DNA from: a virus
IMG/VR virus record: IMGVR_UViG_3300012953_000020
Location: 26,911-90,910 of that record
Strand: one strand, 5' to 3'
Length of the DNA: 64,000 nt
The notes below the pieces were generated by a model that saw only the letters and a program-made list of their open reading frames with translations, searched no databases and was not told the DNA's origin. The position numbers were made by a program, and so were the translations under genes. Shown here in pieces: positions 37,901 to 45,491 of the stretch. The stretch's first letter is position 1. Each line of letters starts with the position of its first letter.

Positions 37901-38690
37901 TTTCGTCTGGATAATAACCGGGTGGATCTCTCATACCTAACGCAAACATAGTGGTATCAACAGGGTGCATCTTGTCACCAATGTTCAGTGTCCGGACCTC
38001 ACCGAGCTTTCCACCAGTGAAAGCTGGTATAGATATGTAACCATCTGAAATCGCTGAACCTATTGGGGTGTAATTACCCCTTGTACCGCCGTTGTCTTGA
38101 GTGAGCTTAATAGTTTGGCCATCCAAGACCGGGGTAATCTCTAAGTCGCCATCAAGATGGGCCTGAAATAAAGCATCGTATATCTGGGCTGCTATTGCCG
38201 TTCTAAGATCAGCGCCAGATGTATCACTTATACCGATGTTCCAATTATTCGAAGAGTCCCTAGTGTTTGACGATGATGTCGCGTCTATAGTAAAAGTAAT
38301 GTAAGGTATAGAAACGTACTGCTTGTTATTGTCAGACAAAGTGAAAGTTTTTCCGTGTAGAACACCAATACTCGTCACTGTCCCGTTTACTGTTAACACA
38401 GAGGTAGCAGCTGTATCTCCCACCACTTTTATCTTAAGATCATGAGGTTCGCCTTTACAAGATTGCACATGAAGAGTGTAGTGCCCTGGACCCATATCTG
38501 TGGGTATGCTTTTGACCCTAAGGCTATAACTAGATTTTTTATCAGATTTGTGAGTTATTACGACATTAGGATTCGCGAGAGGGTGAAACCTAGCTCGGGT
38601 TTGAGACAGCATCTGCTCTATTGTTTTTACATTAACACCTTGCTCAAAACCAACCAACTTTACTTCGGCAGAGTCTCTTACTGACGCCAT
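34929..38690 (-). CDS. Multidomain virion protein (1253 aa) with inserted modules
   Basis: Overlaps the next gene by 8 nt. Carries AHGTTAL, NWKALGASSN and FTGG modules shared with the 2266- and 632-aa proteins. Confidence 0.8.
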   Translation of the reverse strand: MASVRDSAEVKLVGFEQGVNVKTIEQMLSQTRARFHPLANPNVVITHKSDKKSSYSLRVKSIPTDMGPGHYTLHVQSCKGEPHDLKIKVVGDTAATSVLTVNGTVTSIGVLHGKTFTLSDNNKQYVSIPYITFTIDATSSSNTRDSSNNWNIGISDTSGADLRTAIAAQIYDALFQAHLDGDLEITPVLDGQTIKLTQDNGGTRGNYTPIGSAISDGYISIPAFTGGKLGEVRTLNIGDKMHPVDTTMFALGMRDPPGYYPDEKTTGVAEPYTDTFNSDEQKIKRTTFDINRIINYNSVSTGITSRIVFDDTLLIVQDHHNSLVNVGSLHEGVKYEIVSTFTRNEFGAPGPRTDFTKTPFFASSNAAGTTFTVPASSGTNLGSGTGVVKVHLDSAIGKKLFQDGLDTTNPAFATGSFGLENWKMIAKDSGDVMFHDLVTDGRRWSSSTRDTSVFFQCPDLEASNAPDTVFMSIKYTTFNDRIPTVDTNQPDDSFLINFNISPRLKAIKDYSISFDTERKSTEVRINPFAPSSNIKRRFMNLFKELLDKLTKATPLNFVLKTVSEANFQYTISIFETTTKLTSIEISMTEGLVSSDKSTYFSFMRDDVTGFFESGNASTLSSPGSFNQDSKKIYLSSNEALYTPIISPHVPNPAIKVNDKDSLRKRKEYKILSVASTTNWKALGASSNSPNVGEVFVATSVIEGDNGGVLGGGTDGTNHGTVQEMFPVNAYHIGTKGVQNAHDLKNRVYDTIALAVSDGNLKVTPAINHAAASIKVEDADTAAHGTTALNSISLTSTSDLAKTYTIVHGGSSGNKAIQTGEIIRQGSSYADGSTVSGGHASIGTVAVNIKSTAKRRDVLLELAKAINSENGHNAGNSDSVIYIGGVNSAGDDPSTIQHLNMKQVVGGTAGNNNITDSLPAAYEVSGFSGANDYISSKSVKLTSLHGDAYPNWGGNGVEAMEGLGFRSFDNVYNIEDFSAPVFNIELRDPGPGLSHYIKPNHDVEVRSFGFGKRTSDLKFYDDLSMNGPRLVSGDYPNTLDIDPVFFLTASPHVRFPVQVNNLGNILGFETDGTIEPLDIRTLMLERNTAEAPMRGLKGEMGGEYSFSSIRNEACLIHNKINFEEAKNVAFFDNCPTVTELVVQNGQALIQYTDLDATQQANNVFYARVPGIIFKNDARIRPYIDTEERIFQANPLNGNNPESNEIDKLVLQVQELNHIDDTNLGAENFRRRAGFDFSSPHPGTDSIAFGGLRYV

Positions 38691-41600
38691 TTAAAATCTC
38701 CTTAGTACACCTGATCTTTGCGATACCAGTATTTTTGATCTCAATTTAGATCGCTCATCCTCACCTTTGTAGATTTCTTGGTGACCATAAGTGATCTTAC
38801 ACCTTTCAAGCGCGTGAGATTCTATTATTAGATTGATACCTAAGAAGTTGCTGTTCCTAGGTACAAATTTTTCTATCATATCAGAAAATGCGTCGTCTAG
38901 CCACCTAAATAAATCAAAAAAGTTTCTATAGTTAACCTTATCAGTCAACCTATTGAAATATAATTCCCTCATGTGCCTTAAGTCAGGATACTCACGAGTA
39001 AATGCCAGCTCAGGCCGGCCCAGAGCGTCGTCTAAAGCATCGATAGCAGAGAATATGTTCATGATGTCTTCGTCTAGACCTCTTTGTAGATGAACCTGAA
39101 TTTCGAATCTGTTGTCGTTTACTTTCTTTTCGAAAGGTAATATCTTGGTCACTGGAGCGAGTTTAGAATTAAACAGCTTTATGTTATGACCATCGGAAAA
39201 TCCAGCGATTCTTATCTTGTCACTATCCAGATACTCGTCATAAAAGGGGGATATTATTGTGAAATCAAATCTAGAATTTTCTACGATCTTTCTAGAACCC
39301 TCAAACCCAAAACACGCAGCGCCTGACATACTAGTATACACACCTGATTTTATCTTTGATTCGTTCATCGGTGTAAACGTCTGCGAAAAGTCAAGTAAGT
39401 CAAGACGCCCGGTAGGGTTGGACGTTCTGTTTACTTGATCGGTTGAGACATTTAGTCTTAATTTCTGAAATGACCCAGACCTTGTCGTACTAAAAGTATT
39501 GTTTATGAGGGGAGAATCGACACCAACAGACTTGAAGTTTCTAGCATGTTCTTTTGATTCCTCCTCAGAAAGACGCTTTGACCAAAACTTAATATGGCCG
39601 ACCCTACCATCGAAGTATGTTGTTCTAGCGTCAGTCGGCACGTTATCAGTTGAAGTGTCATTTAGGAATTTACCGGAGGTAGTAGCATTCACCATTGACT
39701 GAGAGCCTATCAGTATCTGTGGTGGATAAAAGTGTTCGTAGGTATCAGTCGAAACTAGGTGGCTTGATTTTTGGAACATATTGGATGTAGTGGCACCTTC
39801 ATTAAAAAATGAGCCGGTGCTAATGTACGTCTTTATCTTGTCATAATCTAGAGCAGCAGCCCTGATAAAGTAAGAAGAACTTACTGGTTGGCTAGCTTCA
39901 TCGTTTCTTTGACGGCCGTAAGCGATATACCATTTTCTACCGTCTAAACAGTTTGCTCCAGTCAAAGCAGTAACCATAGTAGGCGCGTCATTGTGGTGGC
40001 GATTTCGTACGTATAGAGTAAGTTGGTCGCCGAAAGGTGAAAGTACCAGGTTGGATAGGACAGCGTGCTTGTCCTTCCAATTCTGGCCGGTTGTGCTACC
40101 TTGCACGACTATTCTAGACAAACTTCTTTTATCTTCCTTCGAAAGATTACTAGTAAACTGGTATATGCCCTCGACTGTCCATGACCCTGAAGTTAATAAG
40201 CCGTCGTCTTTTGTCGCTGATATACCATTATATTCATAACCTTGAGTGTTCGCCCTGACAAATCCGTTGCCACCTGCAAAACCTGCGACAGATATGAATG
40301 GTGGAATGCTTTCGTCAGTCTCAGCGTTATAGATTCTTGTGACCTCATCTGCGGTCAGAATGTCCTTGTAGATTTGAAACTCACCGATTTTACCTTTAAA
40401 CGATCTATCTTCGCTGTGTCTATTTCCTATAAAGCACCCTTCTGTAGCTATACCTGAAAATGTTGCGTGTTTTGTTCCTGACGCTAGTGTGACTGTCTTA
40501 CTCACTCCATTGATGTACACCGTCGGGTTATTTGCCGCAGTGTTGGTAGCGTCATAAGTAACCGCTACATGGTTCCATGAATTTAAAGTGAGGTACGCTT
40601 GATCTGTTCTCCACTCTACAGAATTATTATTTAGCTTAACACTAAACGCCAGGATCTCAGTATTCGTAGTGTATAGAAAAATGTCTTCTCCAAAATCGAA
40701 TATTCTTCCTTCATTACCCTCTCCATCACCTGACTTATAGATCCACATACAGAATGACATCTTCTTCGAAGATGAGCTTGCGCTGCCAATGGTATCATTC
40801 CATTGTGTAGCAGTGCCGATTGAAACAGAATCGTTAAATCCGTCAAATTGTACAGCATCTATGCTCCTGGTCTTTGAAGTAAAGTTTGAAGTAACCAATC
40901 CAGGAATGTTACTAGTGATTGTTGCGTTTGCAGGATTATCAAAAGATCCTTGAAATACGTTAAACGAATTGCTCACAATCGTTGATGGATTTAATTCATT
41001 TTTGTGCGCGTTATTGAGGCTAAGAATCGCTGCCCTAAGTTGTGCTAAAACGTCAGACTGACGAGCTGAACTTAAATTTACACCAACAGCGATGCCATCA
41101 GCGCCAGCAGAGAAGACAGCAGGAATTGGGGAGCCGCTATTTGACTTCAATGTCTGGCTTGGGGTCAAATCAGTTCCAGTTGCTGGCCCACCGTCGTTAG
41201 TATCAGAAACGAAATAATCTCTTATGACACCAGAGTCAGACTTAATAGTAACCTTTAGCGCTTCTGTCATGGTGTTAAAAACCGCGGTGGGGCTGTTGAC
41301 TGAGAAGCTAGCAGCGGAGGTGACCGCTTGAGTTGTAATAGGCATTGGGTTACCTATAAAGTTTGTCACAGTTAACCAGTTAGCGCTGGATACATTTGAT
41401 ATATTACTGGTGATTGTTGTGGCGCCGGCGCTGCCAATCGTGTTTTGAGTCAATGTTATTGGTTCGGTTAAGCTGCCCGCTGAAGGTATTGTGGGAACTA
41501 CTATCAGACTACCGTGACCGTTCGCGTCCTCGATAGCTGCTTTAAGGACTGCAATCACATCTCTTCGGGTCGCAGAGTCTATGATCTTTACTGCGACTGT

Positions 41601-44600
41601 CCCAACCGCTGCCTCTTCCACAGTGCCGTGAGGGGTGCCTTGAGCTGCAACATTCGTTGCCGTAAAAATTTCTCCAGCAGCCGGCGTGTTAGATGAAGCC
41701 CCGAGGGCCTTCCAGTTAGAAGTACTCCCTGTGGTTAAAATCCTGTACTTTCTTCCGTTCACTAACGAATTAGATGTTGTATTTGCGGCGATGGTCGCGG
41801 CTGCTGTACGGCCGACATTAGAACCGACAGCCAACACAGTACCGGTCGCGACGGCAGATGCGCCTCTTACTATAGTATAGGTCTTAGATGTCTGGTTCGT
41901 CGATATTATAGTGATGCTTTCCAAAGCAGTTGTGCCATGTGCAGTTGTTGGACTAGCAACTTGCAAAGTGGCAAAAGCGCCTCGAGGTTGATACGCGGGT
42001 ACCACTGCTACCAAAGTCCCTTTATTCGTAGGAGAAGTATTTGACATTCTCACCCAAAGAGCGGGCTTCTTTGTCGAATCCAGAATTATTGAATGATTGC
42101 CTAGATTACTACGGCTTGAACTGATCGTACTTAGGTCAATCGTGTCTTTGTTACTGTTGGTCGATTTATATCCCGTCTTTGTCGTTATGGCGCTTGAAAA
42201 AACAGAATTGATGCTAGTATTTAGATCTTCTGTCAACGCCATTGAAGTTTTTGCAGTGGCAGTAAAATTAGTCGGAGTGATATTCGATATGCTATTGGAA
42301 ATAGACTTGTTAGCAGCTGAACTCACAACTGCCTGCATTAGCTCAACTTTTAACTCACCCCCAGAGACAACTTGGGGGGTGGGAAAAATTATCTTGGAAT
42401 CCGGTACGCCGGCGTTATGGCCGTTGGCGTGATCAACAGCTGTTTTCAGTTTTACCAGTACGTCTCTTTGGGAATCTCCATTTAATATATTAACAGCAAC
42501 CCCTCCAGCGTTTGAGGCTCCAGCGGTGCTAGTGCCTGTATCTGAAGATGATATTAATACCGTGCCTGTGGCGACAGCAGAAGTACCAGTTGCGCCGCCG
42601 TGCACGATTACGTATTTCTTTTCCGTACCATCAGTAGAGACCAAAGTGATGCTCTGCTTCTCTGTCGTGCCGTGAGCAGAAGACGCTGTTGGGACTGTTA
42701 ACGTAGCAATGTAATTTAGGCGGCTAACAACTTTTGTACCGCCAGTAAAGTTAGTAACCGTGACATTAGCGCCAGTTAATAAGTTGGAAGTCGATCGATT
42801 ACCTGTATTACCAGTTACCGACTGTGTTAATGTGATTAACTTCTTGGTTCCAGAGCCAGCGGTTGGATCTGAAACTGTTATTTTTCCGTTATGGCCGTTG
42901 TCATGTCTAATGGCGTCTCTTAATTGTTGCAAAAATGTATTACCATTAGCAGCGCTTCCAGTTATCGCTATGGCGACAGCTATTCCTCCCACAACCGCTT
43001 CTTCAACTTCGCCATGATCAGTCCCAGAAGCGCTGGTCGATGTGGCAGTGAACACCTCTCCTACGGTAGGAGTATTTGAAGATGCGCCTAAAGCTTGCCA
43101 ATTTGTTGTGCCCCCCACACTTAGTATCCTATACTTTCTTCCGTTCTGTAGGGAGGCTGTATTCGTTCTGGCAACAACGACTCTAGATCCTAAATCACTC
43201 CCCACGCCTAAAATAGTGCCGGTTGTCAATGTTGTGGTAGTCGCATCAATAACGACATATCTCTTAATCGTACCATCGACAGATTCTAAAGTTATTAAAT
43301 CAGTCTCTGCTAAACCTGGAGCGGCGGCACCGTTCGCGACTGTAACTGTCGCAGTGGCTTTGATATTGGCGTTCTGATCCAGAAACTTAAAGAATTCAGT
43401 CTTATTAAAGGCATCCTGTATCGTAAGTTGAGTATCTGCCGGCGGTATCGCAGTTCTGTCTCGAGGGTGAAAATAGATACTAGCAGAAGCCAAAACATTT
43501 CTACCGGAAATTTCTGGAAAGCCGGGCTCAATCCGACTAGCGGTAAGAGGAGCCGTTAAAAGAGTGGGGCGATCGTTAAGAGTCCCATCAGCTCTGGCAA
43601 CTTCTGGAAACTTTCCCAAACTACCAGAAAAATTTAGCATTGTTGACATCTCTGTGATTTGCTGTCTTGAAATGCCCATCCTGAACTCATTAACACCGTT
43701 GTATTCCACTAACCTAAAGATCCTACCAGGCTCTATACCTGCAGACCTAAAAATTGTTTCGATGGCGTACTTCGTACCTTTAGACTTGAAGATATGGCTG
43801 ATATTTTTTAACACCCGTCTCCAAATCAGGTTCTGTATTTCAAAAAGGTTTCGCTCGTATATCGAGTACTCAAGCCCCAAATTCTCTTTTCCTAAGAACT
43901 GCTCAAAAGAAACCTCACCGAATATCTTAGGTAAATCAAATCCGTAATATTTCGCTAGATCAGGTAAAAAAGCGTCGGCAGTTCCGTCCTTACCCTCGTA
44001 GTCAGGGTGTAAAAATTGAGAAACTTGATCTAAGAACATTTTGTATTGATCAAGCTCTTCAGACATGTAATACAGCATTAGTGACATTAATTGAGCATGT
44101 CCAATTCTGCCGGATTTTGGAAGGGTGCCGGTAGAGCTATAATTCTCTACTATGCTACCATCGACTGTCAATCCCTCTAAATACGCACCTTCTTGTAAAT
44201 AATGATTAGGAATCAACTTCGTAATCATGTTCGGGTTGTTAATATCGTACTCTGTAGCTAGTTCTAGTAATTCTGCATTTAAGCTTATTACATCAGGATA
44301 GTTTGGAAATAATATTGGGCTAAACCTTTTGTCCTCTAAAAAGGAAGGATCAGGTATATTTCCAGGGTTTCTCATACTTTCTTGATAGTTCGATATTCTA
44401 GAATGTAAGCTATTACCGCTATGATCTAGGACAACGTCATTGTTGGAATGAGAGCCCATTGGTTCATTAAACCTTAAATAGAACCTTAAGTTTTCATGAG
44501 CGAAGGTATTCCTATTTGAGTAATACTCCATCTCATCAGAAGTTCTTGCTCCATGAAAAATTCTAAATTCGTCTATAGAACCCTTGAATGTTGAAGCCTT

Positions 44601-45491
44601 CACAAAATCTAAGTGACCGGCTTTAAAAGAAGTTGGGCCGTCAGCTATTGTCAAATCGGCACCAGCAGTGTTAAGTCCAGGATAAAAGAAATAGTCGCTT
44701 TTAGATAAAACATTAGAGCCAGAAATTATTTGCACCGACTGCTGTTCTTCCCTATTGTCGTAAAAGAAAGACAGATTGTACCACTTCCCCTTGTCAATGG
44801 CGTAACTGGCAGATGCGTAATTGCTACTACCACTGACAATTGCAAAATTAAGAGTACCAACCTTGGTAGACGAAGACTCGTCGAGAAAAACAGCGAAACC
44901 TGTGTTAAGAGTGCTACTCACACTATGACACACGAAACTTTTTTGATTCGTTTCCTCAGGTAATCTAATGGCCATCTCAATAGAGAAAGGATTTAATTCA
45001 GGGTTTATATAAGCAACCCCTTCTTCACCATTTAGAAGCGACTTATTTAAGTTTCCTGACTTGTCTTTCACAGTTATATATTGGTTATTGTCAGATGAAA
45101 AGGTTACGAAACCCTTATTCTTTGGAAACCTGTCTAGGACATATTTTTCTAAGGATGACAAGCTATCCTCAAACTGCTCCACCTGTTGTAAGGAACCGTC
45201 AAACGGATATTTATTTATGATTTTGTCAAAAGCCACATTTATCTTTGCTTCTGCAGAACCGAAGAAAGTGTTGTTCTGGAAAAGTGAATTATCAACAGGA
45301 ATTTGTTGAGTAGATATTATGCCATTGTTTTCGTTTCTTCTTCGAAAGCTAGTGTCATCATCGTTTATGCTGGTTACTGTCAGCTTTTTTTGATTTTGAT
45401 CTAAAAGCACACCTCGATTCGTAGTGTACTTTCTGAGCATTCTTTTAGTAAAGAACTTTACGTTCTCAAATGTCATTGTCCTTCGAGCCAT
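38691..45491 (-). CDS. Baseplate wedge protein, T4 gp7/P2 gpI-like core with LamG domains and a ~1080-aa nested insertion (2266 aa)
   Basis: FLPDLAKYYGF...IWRRVLKNISHIFKSKGTKYAIE resembles the gpI/gp7 'KSKGT..AI' motif. Lies two genes after gp6. LamG motifs: KWYNLSFFYD..FKGSIDEFRIF and WNHVAVTYD..FKGKIGEFQIY. Confidence 0.65.
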   Translation of the reverse strand: MARRTMTFENVKFFTKRMLRKYTTNRGVLLDQNQKKLTVTSINDDDTSFRRRNENNGIISTQQIPVDNSLFQNNTFFGSAEAKINVAFDKIINKYPFDGSLQQVEQFEDSLSSLEKYVLDRFPKNKGFVTFSSDNNQYITVKDKSGNLNKSLLNGEEGVAYINPELNPFSIEMAIRLPEETNQKSFVCHSVSSTLNTGFAVFLDESSSTKVGTLNFAIVSGSSNYASASYAIDKGKWYNLSFFYDNREEQQSVQIISGSNVLSKSDYFFYPGLNTAGADLTIADGPTSFKAGHLDFVKASTFKGSIDEFRIFHGARTSDEMEYYSNRNTFAHENLRFYLRFNEPMGSHSNNDVVLDHSGNSLHSRISNYQESMRNPGNIPDPSFLEDKRFSPILFPNYPDVISLNAELLELATEYDINNPNMITKLIPNHYLQEGAYLEGLTVDGSIVENYSSTGTLPKSGRIGHAQLMSLMLYYMSEELDQYKMFLDQVSQFLHPDYEGKDGTADAFLPDLAKYYGFDLPKIFGEVSFEQFLGKENLGLEYSIYERNLFEIQNLIWRRVLKNISHIFKSKGTKYAIETIFRSAGIEPGRIFRLVEYNGVNEFRMGISRQQITEMSTMLNFSGSLGKFPEVARADGTLNDRPTLLTAPLTASRIEPGFPEISGRNVLASASIYFHPRDRTAIPPADTQLTIQDAFNKTEFFKFLDQNANIKATATVTVANGAAAPGLAETDLITLESVDGTIKRYVVIDATTTTLTTGTILGVGSDLGSRVVVARTNTASLQNGRKYRILSVGGTTNWQALGASSNTPTVGEVFTATSTSASGTDHGEVEEAVVGGIAVAIAITGSAANGNTFLQQLRDAIRHDNGHNGKITVSDPTAGSGTKKLITLTQSVTGNTGNRSTSNLLTGANVTVTNFTGGTKVVSRLNYIATLTVPTASSAHGTTEKQSITLVSTDGTEKKYVIVHGGATGTSAVATGTVLISSSDTGTSTAGASNAGGVAVNILNGDSQRDVLVKLKTAVDHANGHNAGVPDSKIIFPTPQVVSGGELKVELMQAVVSSAANKSISNSISNITPTNFTATAKTSMALTEDLNTSINSVFSSAITTKTGYKSTNSNKDTIDLSTISSSRSNLGNHSIILDSTKKPALWVRMSNTSPTNKGTLVAVVPAYQPRGAFATLQVASPTTAHGTTALESITIISTNQTSKTYTIVRGASAVATGTVLAVGSNVGRTAAATIAANTTSNSLVNGRKYRILTTGSTSNWKALGASSNTPAAGEIFTATNVAAQGTPHGTVEEAAVGTVAVKIIDSATRRDVIAVLKAAIEDANGHGSLIVVPTIPSAGSLTEPITLTQNTIGSAGATTITSNISNVSSANWLTVTNFIGNPMPITTQAVTSAASFSVNSPTAVFNTMTEALKVTIKSDSGVIRDYFVSDTNDGGPATGTDLTPSQTLKSNSGSPIPAVFSAGADGIAVGVNLSSARQSDVLAQLRAAILSLNNAHKNELNPSTIVSNSFNVFQGSFDNPANATITSNIPGLVTSNFTSKTRSIDAVQFDGFNDSVSIGTATQWNDTIGSASSSSKKMSFCMWIYKSGDGEGNEGRIFDFGEDIFLYTTNTEILAFSVKLNNNSVEWRTDQAYLTLNSWNHVAVTYDATNTAANNPTVYINGVSKTVTLASGTKHATFSGIATEGCFIGNRHSEDRSFKGKIGEFQIYKDILTADEVTRIYNAETDESIPPFISVAGFAGGNGFVRANTQGYEYNGISATKDDGLLTSGSWTVEGIYQFTSNLSKEDKRSLSRIVVQGSTTGQNWKDKHAVLSNLVLSPFGDQLTLYVRNRHHNDAPTMVTALTGANCLDGRKWYIAYGRQRNDEASQPVSSSYFIRAAALDYDKIKTYISTGSFFNEGATTSNMFQKSSHLVSTDTYEHFYPPQILIGSQSMVNATTSGKFLNDTSTDNVPTDARTTYFDGRVGHIKFWSKRLSEEESKEHARNFKSVGVDSPLINNTFSTTRSGSFQKLRLNVSTDQVNRTSNPTGRLDLLDFSQTFTPMNESKIKSGVYTSMSGAACFGFEGSRKIVENSRFDFTIISPFYDEYLDSDKIRIAGFSDGHNIKLFNSKLAPVTKILPFEKKVNDNRFEIQVHLQRGLDEDIMNIFSAIDALDDALGRPELAFTREYPDLRHMRELYFNRLTDKVNYRNFFDLFRWLDDAFSDMIEKFVPRNSNFLGINLIIESHALERCKITYGHQEIYKGEDERSKLRSKILVSQRSGVLRRF

